Virus record (IMG/VR): IMGVR_UViG_3300035126_000982
Reading direction: 5' to 3' (one strand)
DNA length: 64,000 bases
From: an uncultured virus (IMG/VR IMGVR_UViG_3300035126_000982)
Taxonomy: Duplodnaviria; Heunggongvirae; Uroviricota; Caudoviricetes
Numbering within the stretch: the stretch's first letter is position 1; each line of letters opens with the position of its first letter. A model generated the notes under the pieces. It saw nothing but the letters and a program-made list of their open reading frames with translations, did not search any database and was not told where the DNA came from. Shown in pieces: positions 55,627 through 64,000 of the stretch. Made by a program: the position numbers and the translations under genes.

Positions 55627-56561
55627 TTGGTCCAAATTCTCCAATTCCACCTAAAGGATGGGGGGCTGTTGAGAGCCTAATTTGGGATATGAAAAACGCT
55701 TTAGAAGAAATGGGTCATAAAGTGACCATCATTAATACTGGAGATCCATTAGAAATTATTCGCACTATTAATAGTCTAAGGCCCGATTTTGTTCATATTA
55801 ATTATGATGATTGGATTCCAATTTATCCCTATATTCAATATCCCTGCGCTATCACGACACATTTTGCCTATCTGACGAGACCCGAGTTTATGGGGGCCTA
55901 TAAACAAAGAATTTTTGATCAATTTTCTTATATTAAACCAAATGTCTTTGGACTATCAGAAGAGATCAATGATGTTTATCATTCTGTTTGTAGTATTCCA
56001 AAATCTCAACTCTTTTTAAATCCAAATGGGGTTAATTTTGAAATTTTTAAAAAAACGAACTATCCGGAAAATCCAGATAGTTCAATTTATCTTGCAAAAA
56101 TAGATCACCGAAAAAGGCAATATTTATTTCAAGAAATAGATTCTCTTTTTTATGCTGGAAATATTGCTGATTCTAGATTTAATAAAGAGAAGAATTTTCT
56201 AGGAGAATGGTCTAAGCAACACCTTTATGAGAATTTAACTGATTATGGTAATCTAGTTCTTCTTTCAGATGGAGAGGCTCATCCTCTTGTTTGTTTAGAA
56301 GCATTCGCCGCTGGTCTAGGTGTTGTGATTTCTGAATGGGCATTTGCAAACTTAGATACCTCTAAGGAGTTTATTACGGTTATTCCAGAAGATCAGATAA
56401 GTAATATTGCTTATGTTGAAGAAAAAATTATTGAAAACCGGGAATCCTCAATTAAAAATCGAGATCAGATTCTAGATTATGCAAGAACTTTTGATTGGAA
56501 AAAAATTCTAACAAGACATTACATACCAAATATTGAGAAATTAATTTATGGACAGGAATAA
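55611..56561 (+). CDS. Glycosyltransferase (GT-B/GT4-like), paralog of the previous gene
   Basis: PIPPKGWGAVE, LLSDGEAHPLVCLEA. Confidence 0.8.
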   Translation: MQICIIGPNSPIPPKGWGAVESLIWDMKNALEEMGHKVTIINTGDPLEIIRTINSLRPDFVHINYDDWIPIYPYIQYPCAITTHFAYLTRPEFMGAYKQRIFDQFSYIKPNVFGLSEEINDVYHSVCSIPKSQLFLNPNGVNFEIFKKTNYPENPDSSIYLAKIDHRKRQYLFQEIDSLFYAGNIADSRFNKEKNFLGEWSKQHLYENLTDYGNLVLLSDGEAHPLVCLEAFAAGLGVVISEWAFANLDTSKEFITVIPEDQISNIAYVEEKIIENRESSIKNRDQILDYARTFDWKKILTRHYIPNIEKLIYGQE

Positions 56562-57336
56562 ATCAATCTATAAACTTCAGAATTTTGGTCCGATTTATTA
56601 TATTAATTTGGACGATCATGTGGAAAGAAGAGAATTTATGGAATCCCAATTTGAATATTGGGGTATTGAAAATTACACTCGCATTTCGGCGTATGATGGA
56701 AGAAATGATGATCTAGGGGATATTATTAAAGGAAAGTATCCTGATAATGTTTCCACTTCAGAATTGGGGTGCCTAACTAGTCATCTAAAGGCGATTAAGT
56801 ACTGGTACGAGAATAGTGATACATCATATGCAGTCTTTATGGAAGACGATTGTTTAATTATTGCTAATTGTTGGAATTTTACTTGGCAGGAGTTTTTGTC
56901 TAGGGTTCCCTATAATTTTGATTGTTTACAGCTTGCTATCATCTGTACCGGAGATCTTCATTTGCAAATTCATAGGCATCAAATGAATGAATTTTCTACG
57001 GCTTGTTATGTCATAACAAGACGATACGCCAAGAAACTAATCGATCTCCATTGTAGAGATGGTAAATATAAATTAGATCAAGATATTCGACCTCGTGCGG
57101 TGGCAGATGATTTGATCTATTCCACTGGAATCGTATATTCGACTCCTCTATTTTTATACAAACTGGAACTTGGTTCTACAATACATGAGGATCATGTAGA
57201 AACGTTCCATAAAAATTCTTATGATGGTCTAAAGGCCTTCTGGGAAAATAAGGGTTCTGAATTATCTGTGGAGCAAATAACGACATACAACCCGTATTTC
57301 AACAGCGTTATTGGCTCTTCTGGTCAGGGGGCTTGA
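56548..57336 (+). CDS. Glycosyltransferase family 25
   Basis: YYINLD..RR, ELGCLTSH, MEDD. Confidence 0.85.
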   Translation: MDRNKSIYKLQNFGPIYYINLDDHVERREFMESQFEYWGIENYTRISAYDGRNDDLGDIIKGKYPDNVSTSELGCLTSHLKAIKYWYENSDTSYAVFMEDDCLIIANCWNFTWQEFLSRVPYNFDCLQLAIICTGDLHLQIHRHQMNEFSTACYVITRRYAKKLIDLHCRDGKYKLDQDIRPRAVADDLIYSTGIVYSTPLFLYKLELGSTIHEDHVETFHKNSYDGLKAFWENKGSELSVEQITTYNPYFNSVIGSSGQGA

Positions 57337-57367
57337 CAGAACGACAGACCCATGCTATCGTAGTGAC

Positions 57368-57474
57368 TTCACCTGGTTCCTAAATACTTCCTCATTATGA
57401 ATCAGGTGAATTAGAGCCGGAGATGTTGCCTTTAGAACAGGTAATGCCACAACATCAATCCGGATGTAGAGTTC
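57368..57474 (+). ncRNA. Candidate structured leader RNA upstream of rlpA
   Basis: Stems CCGGA/TCCGG, GATGTTG/CAACATC, GAATT/AGTTC; overlapping hairpin TTCACCTGGTTC/GAATCAGGTGAA with CTAAATA in its loop. Confidence 0.55.
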
Positions 57475-57485
57475 AATTAAAATTA

Positions 57486-57959
57486 ATGCTTTTTTCTAAA
57501 AAAATTCTAACGATTGCGGCCCTAGGTTCAATTGGTGTTTCTATTTTATCTCCAATCGAATCTAAGGCTATTTCTGTATCTAAATTTGTTGACCCATCAA
57601 CTGAAACAAAAACCGAATGGGAAACTAAATTTGAGCAGAAATTTCCCAATTATAAAACGCCATTGGCGAGTGTTTATCAAGGTCGAGCGTCATTTTACGG
57701 GCCGGGGTTTTATGGTAGACAAACTGCAAATGGTGAAGTTTTCCGCCCAGGTACTATGACCGCAGCGCATAAAACACTTCCGTTTGGCACTCGCGTCCGA
57801 GTTACGAACATGAGTAATGGGAGATCGACGGTTGTTAGAATCAACGACAGAGGACCATATGTTGGAGGGCGGATCATTGATCTTTCCGAAACAGCAGCAG
57901 ATGCAATTGGGATGAGAAATTCCGGGGTTTCTCCTGTAAAGATCCAAATCCTAAACTAA
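57486..57959 (+). CDS. rlpA: RlpA-like (DPBB) lytic transglycosylase with signal peptide
   Basis: ASFYG..TANGE..TAAHKTLPFGT..INDRGP..IIDLS. Confidence 0.9.
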   Translation: MLFSKKILTIAALGSIGVSILSPIESKAISVSKFVDPSTETKTEWETKFEQKFPNYKTPLASVYQGRASFYGPGFYGRQTANGEVFRPGTMTAAHKTLPFGTRVRVTNMSNGRSTVVRINDRGPYVGGRIIDLSETAADAIGMRNSGVSPVKIQILN

Positions 57960-57963
57960 GGCC

Positions 57964-58410
57964 ATGATCCCGACAGTAGAGGAAGTGCGTATTGTTGAAC
58001 CAAACTTTGAAGAAGTTTTTATTCAAAATCAAAACGCATTCAATAAGTACAATGGTCGAAGGAACAACTGTTCTAATACAGTAAGGAAATTTCTTTCCTT
58101 ACTAGGTATAAATACTGACAGAGTTACGGCCTGGGCCGATACAGTCCGTAACCTTGGTAAAATCATCTACAACCACAATCAATTACAAAAAGGTGATATT
58201 GTGGCCATGGGGAGACCTGGAGATACCTGGCATGTCGGTGTTTATTTCGGAGACGGAAAGGTTCTCCACCAATCGGCAATGAGAGGCTACAAGGTAGGAA
58301 TCTTCAACGATATTAATGCCTTCATTAACTATCATCGAGGATTCTATATCGTAAGACCTCATACGAACATTCTAGAAAATCAATTTTTCATTTCACCTGA
58401 ACTTACTTAA
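57964..58410 (+). CDS. NlpC/P60-like peptidase
   Basis: NCS..GD..HVGVY.G....H. Confidence 0.75.
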   Translation: MIPTVEEVRIVEPNFEEVFIQNQNAFNKYNGRRNNCSNTVRKFLSLLGINTDRVTAWADTVRNLGKIIYNHNQLQKGDIVAMGRPGDTWHVGVYFGDGKVLHQSAMRGYKVGIFNDINAFINYHRGFYIVRPHTNILENQFFISPELT

Positions 58411-58416
58411 ATTTTT

Positions 58417-59877
58417 ATGAAACTTTATCAACAACTAATGCTTGCCCCAGTAGCCGCTGGTGTTATGATTTCTCCGGCTACCGCTCAAACAGTTAAACTG
58501 GATGTTGTAGATTACTACGCATCTCAGGAGCAAGTAACCAGCATTACACAATTCTCTGATGTTCGCCCTACTGATTGGGCCTATCAGGCACTCACCAATC
58601 TTGTAGAGCGTTATGGTTGTGTTGCTGGTTATCCAGACCTAACCTATCGCGGTGGTCAATCAATGACCCGTTATGAGGCAGCCGCCCTTCTGAATTCCTG
58701 TCTAGATCGTGTAACAGAAGTAACCGATGAAATTCGGAAACTTCAAGAAGAATTTAAGGCTGAACTAATCGTTCTCCGCGCCCGCGTAGAGGGCCTAGAA
58801 GCCCGTGCCGCTGTTCTTGAGGCAACTCAATTCTCTACTACCACCAAACTTAATGGTGAAGTAAGTTTTGTTCTTGCTGGTGTTCCTGATTATCAGGGTC
58901 GCGGTGTCAAGGCAGATGAAACCTCATTTAATTATGATATGCGCCTGAATTTCGATACCTCATTTACCGGTAAAGATCTTCTTCGCACTCGTCTACGGGC
59001 CGGGAATTTTAGTGATCTTCCTTTTGGCTCTAGTTCTTCACTGTTCAAACTTGACAAGGCCGAAACCACTGATAATTCGGTAGAACTTGATCGACTGTAT
59101 TACCAGTTCCCGGTAGGTAGTGACGTAACTGTTACTGTTGGTCCTATGGTACGGAATACTGAAATGGCCTGGGTTCCCACTGCATATCGTTCTGGGATTC
59201 TTGATTTCTTCACGACTGCTGGTGCTCCGGGTGTTTATAACAAGGCAACCGGTTCTGGTATTGGTGTTCAGTATCAGGCAAATGGTCTCGTTGCCGGTGT
59301 AAATTATGTTGCCCAAAACGGCGACAGCACCGAATCGGGCGTATTTGATGCTGATGGTGCCCTGAACGTAATGGCCCAGCTCGGCTACAAGGCCTCTAAT
59401 TGGGGTGTTGGCGTCGGTTATCGTTATGGCTCCGAGGGCACTCGTCCACGCACCTACAACGGCTTCCGTGGGGCCAATGGAGCACTTCTGGACAACCAGG
59501 ACTCGAATAGTGTTGCGGTGAATGCTTACTGGCAGCCCGTTGAATCTCGCGTTGTTCCATCGATCAGTGCTGGTTATGGTTATAATGCCGTAAGTGGCCA
59601 ACCTGGGGACACTGATGCAACCGATTCCCAATCCTGGTTTGTCGGTATGCAATGGAATGATGCTTTTGTTTCTGGAAATTCTGCTGGTGTTGCGGTTGGT
59701 CAACCTGCAAATGCAGAAGATCTTGATGAGGCCCTGATGCTTGAAGTTTTCTATAAGGTTCAAGTAACTGATAATATCAGTGTTACTCCTTCTGTATTTT
59801 ATGTGAGTAATGATGCTGGCCAACGAGGTAATGCTTCTGAGGTCGGTGGCGTAATTCAGACGACCTTTAGGTTCTGA
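58417..59877 (+). CDS. Cyanobacterial porin (SLH domain plus OprB-like barrel)
   Basis: FSDVRPTDWAYQAL..ERYGC, QFSTTTKL.GE, TSFTGKDLL, C-terminal TTFRF. Confidence 0.92.
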   Translation: MKLYQQLMLAPVAAGVMISPATAQTVKLDVVDYYASQEQVTSITQFSDVRPTDWAYQALTNLVERYGCVAGYPDLTYRGGQSMTRYEAAALLNSCLDRVTEVTDEIRKLQEEFKAELIVLRARVEGLEARAAVLEATQFSTTTKLNGEVSFVLAGVPDYQGRGVKADETSFNYDMRLNFDTSFTGKDLLRTRLRAGNFSDLPFGSSSSLFKLDKAETTDNSVELDRLYYQFPVGSDVTVTVGPMVRNTEMAWVPTAYRSGILDFFTTAGAPGVYNKATGSGIGVQYQANGLVAGVNYVAQNGDSTESGVFDADGALNVMAQLGYKASNWGVGVGYRYGSEGTRPRTYNGFRGANGALLDNQDSNSVAVNAYWQPVESRVVPSISAGYGYNAVSGQPGDTDATDSQSWFVGMQWNDAFVSGNSAGVAVGQPANAEDLDEALMLEVFYKVQVTDNISVTPSVFYVSNDAGQRGNASEVGGVIQTTFRF

Positions 59878-59929
59878 TAACTTTGGGGTGCTAGGTCGGC
59901 GCCCCATAACTATTCTTTATTTTTTAACA

Positions 59930-60139
59930 ATGACAGTAGTAACAAACGAACACGGACAAATTAATGTATTTCCAAAAGAACCCACTATGTATATTACGGA
60001 GAAAGATCAGTTGAAACATGAAGAAATGTCTTATGCTGAAAGAGCAGAAATTCTAAATGCCCAATGGGCTATTATTGGTGTGATTGCAGGCATTATTTCT
60101 TATTCCGCAACCGGCAAACTTTTCTTTGGACTTTATTGA
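59930..60139 (+). CDS. hli: High-light-inducible protein, divergent motif
   Basis: NEHGQINVFPKEP..AEILNAQWAIIG..ATG. Confidence 0.75.
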   Translation: MTVVTNEHGQINVFPKEPTMYITEKDQLKHEEMSYAERAEILNAQWAIIGVIAGIISYSATGKLFFGLY

Positions 60140-60149
60140 GGATAAAACT

Positions 60150-60239
60150 ATGATTCTTGGACGAGCCGCAATGATTTCTGTTGTGATTATGATGGTAACT
60201 TATCTTGCCACTGGTCAACTAATTCCAAATGTGTGGTGA
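60150..60239 (+). CDS. Short Hli-like peptide (29 aa)
   Basis: MILGRAAMISV..TYLATGQLIPNVW with GAGG RBS. Confidence 0.6.
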   Translation: MILGRAAMISVVIMMVTYLATGQLIPNVW

Positions 60240-60240
60240 T

Positions 60241-60327
60241 ATGGGAGAAGTTATCTTTACGGTTACAAGCATCAGCTTTCTGGTGCTTCTCTTTCACTCG
60301 ATTAATCAGCTATCTGAAACTTATTGA
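60241..60327 (+). CDS. Small hydrophobic peptide (28 aa)
   Basis: MGEVIFTVTSISFLVLLFHSINQLSETY. Confidence 0.5.
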   Translation: MGEVIFTVTSISFLVLLFHSINQLSETY

Positions 60328-60386
60328 TTTATAGGAGCCTTATGGCTCCTTTTCCTTTCCTAAATAGTCCAAATCAGGATTGTTTC

Positions 60387-60623
60387 ATGGAAGGATTTTT
60401 TAGTGAGTGTGGTAATTATGGGGCCTTTAGATTTGGTAAAAAATTTATGGTGGTTTATAGGGGCCAGCAATTAGAAGTTTTTAACACAATTAACCAATGC
60501 AAAAAGTTCATAAAGACTCATAGCGCCAGTTTAGAAACTGTCATAACCAAACCAAAGACCACCTCAAAACCTGATAAAGTAAAACCAAGTTCTAGGAGAA
60601 CCAAGTGCTCACAACAAAAGTAA
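60387..60623 (+). CDS. Hypothetical protein
   Basis: Probable start MEGFFSEC after a late promoter. Confidence 0.55.
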   Translation: MEGFFSECGNYGAFRFGKKFMVVYRGQQLEVFNTINQCKKFIKTHSASLETVITKPKTTSKPDKVKPSSRRTKCSQQK

Positions 60624-60916
60624 GACTGCAATTGGAAGAAATCTGCCAGCGAATCGAGTTGAAACAAGAAGTTTCTTTCTCGGACATGAATCTGATTCAA
60701 AAATATGCTAATGTAAATAGAACAGTCTATGATATGCTACAGAGAGCCCGAAGGAGGGCAATTCAAGGAAGTTTTCATGAAGGCGGTCTAGATGAATTTT
60801 TGGACCAGATGAACATCGGAAATCCGGATCCTCAAACTCACATCACTAAAGATAGTAGTATTGATGATCTTGCGGATTTCTTCAAAAGCGATAATGACCA
60901 CATGCGGCGAGATTAA
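60605..60916 (+). CDS. Hypothetical protein
   Basis: 103-aa ORF. Confidence 0.65.
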   Translation: MLTTKVRLQLEEICQRIELKQEVSFSDMNLIQKYANVNRTVYDMLQRARRRAIQGSFHEGGLDEFLDQMNIGNPDPQTHITKDSSIDDLADFFKSDNDHMRRD

Positions 60917-61170
60917 TGCTTCTTTCTAATTATCAAATAGTTTTACTTTTTATCTTTTCTGTCATTGCCTATATGGTGGTAGTAGATAAAAATGTTGCAG
61001 AATACATTAATCTTGCTTTTAAGATTTTCTGGATAACCATTCAAAGATATTTCTGGATTCTGAGATACCACCCCAAAAATCCAATCACGAACTTTATTAT
61101 GGCCAGGCGATACGCCAAAATGGCCAAGGAGTTTCACAAGGAAATGACCTCCAAGCCCCCTCTTGACTGA
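60916..61170 (+). CDS. Hypothetical membrane protein
   Basis: N-terminal hydrophobic helix. Confidence 0.6.
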   Translation: MLLSNYQIVLLFIFSVIAYMVVVDKNVAEYINLAFKIFWITIQRYFWILRYHPKNPITNFIMARRYAKMAKEFHKEMTSKPPLD

Positions 61171-61190
61171 TCACACCATCCTGTGCTAGA

Positions 61191-61796
61191 ATGACAACAC
61201 CATCCGATTTTGACATGGAAGACAAACTAGATTTTAAGTCCTTACAATCAAGGATTAATGAAATTAAAGAAGGCGGCGAAGAAAGTGCCGACTTTACAAT
61301 GGAATACATTCAGTGCCTATTTGATCGACATGATCTAAAAGAAAGTATTCCAGATGATTATGAATTACCAGATGTTCCTGATGTTATTTTTGACGCGATT
61401 CGCAAAGGAGAAGTTCCCACACGGGATCAAATTCTTCTAATGGATGCTGATACTCAAAATCATCTTCTTTTTGAACTTGTCTGGGCCTGTGGGATGCTTG
61501 CGGTTTCTTATTACACCCAAGATGAAGAAACAGAAGATGAAGAATCAAGTACTTTTGATGTTATTCTTAATATGGTCAAGGAGGGTCCTGGTCAATGGTC
61601 TGCCTGTTATCTTATTGCGGTCATGACTCTTATGATTGCCAGGGTTCCTTCCCAGACTATGATTGCACGACTCACAAATAATTTTGACGAATCAGAAGAA
61701 CAGGTCCAGGAAAATATTAACAACTTTATCGAACTTGCTTCTGCGTTACTTCTAAGGCATAAAGAAGACAAGATCTATTATGATTCTGAGGAATGA
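61191..61796 (+). CDS. Acidic hypothetical protein
   Basis: 201-aa ORF after TTGACT..TGCTAGAAT promoter. Confidence 0.65.
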   Translation: MTTPSDFDMEDKLDFKSLQSRINEIKEGGEESADFTMEYIQCLFDRHDLKESIPDDYELPDVPDVIFDAIRKGEVPTRDQILLMDADTQNHLLFELVWACGMLAVSYYTQDEETEDEESSTFDVILNMVKEGPGQWSACYLIAVMTLMIARVPSQTMIARLTNNFDESEEQVQENINNFIELASALLLRHKEDKIYYDSEE

Positions 61797-61922
61797 CCGA
61801 TTTTGATCCAACGGCTCCTTGGTTTGAATTTAATTCATATTGCGAGTGTTGCTATTCTTTAGGAGTAGCCCCGTCAATCAGGGCCTTTGTTGGTTATAAC
61901 AAGTTCTTCAAAGAGTATTTTA

Positions 61923-62165
61923 ATGAGAAAACGCAAAAATTCGACGCCAAAGGTTAAACCCCCGGCCATCGCCACCTCAAGCGTTGATTATGAGCTGCCC
62001 CCTTTCCATATTGCATTTCCGTTCAGGCTGTGCTACAATGACCGAGGAGAAGAAAAGACCTGCTACTTTTCTTGTAAGGAGCATGTTCAGTCTTATGTCA
62101 GTCGCTACAAGTTAAAGAAAAATCAGGTTAAAATCGAGAAAACACTACCCAAAGGAGAAAACTAA
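61923..62165 (+). CDS. Hypothetical protein
   Basis: Probable start MRKRKN. Confidence 0.55.
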   Translation: MRKRKNSTPKVKPPAIATSSVDYELPPFHIAFPFRLCYNDRGEEKTCYFSCKEHVQSYVSRYKLKKNQVKIEKTLPKGEN

Positions 62166-62166
62166 A

Positions 62167-62394
62167 ATGGCACTTAGCGAAAAAGTAGAAGACAAGCTGA
62201 AAGAAGCCGAAGGAGTTCTTCGGGATTCTCTTTATTGGGCTTCCAAGAATGAAAAGCCTACGACTATCAGTGCAATCTCTCATGTTCTTCTTGAGATTGA
62301 TGCTCTTCTAAAAATTGATAAATTCCAGGATCAACTAGAAAATCTAATAAATAAACAAGATCCTAACAATCCCTTTGGAGGATTCTTTAAGTGA
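62167..62394 (+). CDS. Hypothetical protein
   Basis: 75-aa ORF with AGGAG RBS. Confidence 0.65.
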   Translation: MALSEKVEDKLKEAEGVLRDSLYWASKNEKPTTISAISHVLLEIDALLKIDKFQDQLENLINKQDPNNPFGGFFK

Positions 62395-62585
62395 TTAATT
62401 ACCTTTCTGAAACTGAGCAAGACGAGCTTTTCGCGTTAAAAAACGCTATTACGGACAGTATTTCTGCTGTTAATTCTGATAAAATGGAACGCTTTACAGA
62501 GCTATTCGTTAGGACTCTTTCAGGAAAAGGCCCTGGTGAGGTTTTTGCAGAACCTTCTAACTTCTAAATAGTCAAAAAGGCTATT

Positions 62586-62831
62586 ATGAAAACATTCAGA
62601 CAATTTCTAGAACAAGATATTTCTTCTTTTGAACAAAGACGTAAAAATACCTTGGACATGAATAGAGAAAGACTTGAGCAAGACGCTGAAAGAAGGAAAC
62701 AAGAGTCTGAAGAAAGAGCAACCAAACTAAAGGCCGAAAGACAAGCTAGGGAAGAAGAACGACACCAAAAAGAGGTCGCTAGAAGAGAACAACAATTACA
62801 ACAAAGATTACGCCAACTAGAGCAACGATGA
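62586..62831 (+). CDS. Charged coiled-coil protein
   Basis: MKTFRQFLE N-terminus; late promoter upstream. Confidence 0.6.
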   Translation: MKTFRQFLEQDISSFEQRRKNTLDMNRERLEQDAERRKQESEERATKLKAERQAREEERHQKEVARREQQLQQRLRQLEQR

Positions 62832-63064
62832 AATTCACAATCTATTCAAAACCTGGCTGCCCTTATTGTGATAAGATTAAAGCAGTCATGTATAATTATA
62901 ATTTTGAACATGTGGTCTACACTCTTGACGAAGATTTTACTCGTCAACAATTTATTGATCAATTTGGGCCAGGACGCACATTTCCTCAGGTTATTATGAA
63001 TGATCAAAAACTTGGTGGCTGTGTAGATACTGTAAAATACCTAAGAGAGCAAAATCTTGTCTAA
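62828..63064 (+). CDS. nrdC: Glutaredoxin
   Basis: CPYC, TFPQV, LGGC. Confidence 0.9.
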   Translation: MKFTIYSKPGCPYCDKIKAVMYNYNFEHVVYTLDEDFTRQQFIDQFGPGRTFPQVIMNDQKLGGCVDTVKYLREQNLV

Positions 63065-63414
63065 TGGAAGAGACTCTTTATGATGTAGAAAAAGCAATTG
63101 ATTTTGCCTTTAAAGAAAAGAAATTTATTATGAATTTCTACTCTTATTTAAAGGTAAAAAATGCTCGTAGGGTTGATGCCCAAGAATTTAAAAAGAGTCT
63201 GACTGCCGAAAATATCAGATCCCTGGCTCAGGAACTGAATCTTTATATCCAAGGCGGCCAGACCGAAGATGCCAGGCAACTCAGGGAGGCTTATGGACAT
63301 CTCTCTAAACCAGAAGCCAGAAAAATCATGACCTATATTTTAGGTTTCATTGATGATTGTGATAAGTACGTTAAGGACAAGAATGCAAAACGGCCAAGAC
63401 GAAAGCCTAAATAA
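63064..63414 (+). CDS. Conserved cyanophage hypothetical protein
   Basis: DVEKAIDFAF..QLREAYGHLSKPEARKI. Confidence 0.7.
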   Translation: MEETLYDVEKAIDFAFKEKKFIMNFYSYLKVKNARRVDAQEFKKSLTAENIRSLAQELNLYIQGGQTEDARQLREAYGHLSKPEARKIMTYILGFIDDCDKYVKDKNAKRPRRKPK

Positions 63415-63569
63415 TATACCAAACCGAGGAATCCTATGGATGATCGGTTCAAAAAGTAATAAGGAGGAGCAGTTTTTCAATTTTCACATTCAGAAAACTG
63501 TTACTCTTTTCTCTAGAAGATTTCAGTTTTCTGCAGGACTTACCGGAACAAAATCTAAGGAGAAAACAA

Positions 63570-63830
63570 ATGTACGGAATGACTATTTACATTAGCATTG
63601 TACTAACATTATTACTTTTTGTGGTGGGTGGAATTGTTGGATGGATTATTTCTTTGTATGTAAATAAAGAAGAAGATACTCGTCCTTTTATTCACCCTGA
63701 GTTCATGGACGCATCAGGAAACATACTTCCAGACGAAATTCTCGCATTAAGATTTACCCCCAAATTAGACATAGAAGAGGATTATTATGACACAGACCCC
63801 GACGAAGACGAAGCCGAAAACTACGGTTAA
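63570..63830 (+). CDS. Small membrane protein
   Basis: TM helix then HPEFMDASGNILPDEILALRF. Confidence 0.7.
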   Translation: MYGMTIYISIVLTLLLFVVGGIVGWIISLYVNKEEDTRPFIHPEFMDASGNILPDEILALRFTPKLDIEEDYYDTDPDEDEAENYG

Positions 63831-64000
63831 ACCAGTTAATTTACCAGCAAATCCATTTCAACATGAGATTTTAGAACTCGCCTGTTCTCAAAGAACTCGG
63901 GCCAAGAAGATTGAGATTCTTCAAAAATACCAAAACAATGCTCTTGTTGCATTGTTTATTTGGAATTATGATGAATCTGTGGTTAGCCTAATTCCTCAAG
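63787..64000 (+). CDS. Hypothetical protein, partial (runs off window end)
   Basis: MTQTPTK..LPANPFQHEILEL..IWNYDE open to the window end. Confidence 0.65.
   Translation, partial: MTQTPTKTKPKTTVKPVNLPANPFQHEILELACSQRTRAKKIEILQKYQNNALVALFIWNYDESVVSLIPQ

Noticed and set aside
59038..59907. 289-aa antisense ORF
   Set aside because: Lies opposite the porin gene and has no recognisable motif
1..64000. Stop-codon reassignment
   Set aside because: Core genes translate to full length in the standard code; the gene breaks are explained by split inteins

Overview
AT-rich segment of a large T4-like cyanophage (cyanomyovirus), probably infecting a picocyanobacterium, judged from a cyanobacterial porin, hli-like genes and T4-type TATAAATA/CTAAATA late promoters. 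Positions 1-47.4 kb are mostly minus-strand: a tRNA/ncRNA region with a DUF2828/vWA gene, an NAD salvage cluster (nadV with an intein, macro domain, nadM-Nudix), lysis enzymes, nrdB, a three-piece nrdA, primase, head-associated proteins, mazG, a split gp41 helicase, uvsX, gp43, regA, gp62/44/45, gp46/47 and gp55. Positions 47.4-64 kb are plus-strand: hypotheticals, a glycosyltransferase cluster, rlpA, NlpC/P60, porin, hli and glutaredoxin. The most unusual signals are: (1) a family of ~50-nt CAGCA mini-RNA hairpins flanking the DUF2828/vWA (Ro60-like architecture) gene, two with anticodon-like stem-loops, with the same fold appearing circularly permuted as insertions in two tRNA genes; (2) four copies of a late-promoter/antisense-sRNA/terminator cassette upstream of homing endonuclease genes or their remnants; (3) NrdA assembled from three ORFs by two split inteins, one atypically split; (4) a Leu(UAA)-type group I intron in tRNA-Arg(UCU). 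All family assignments come from motif recognition by eye; no searches were run.
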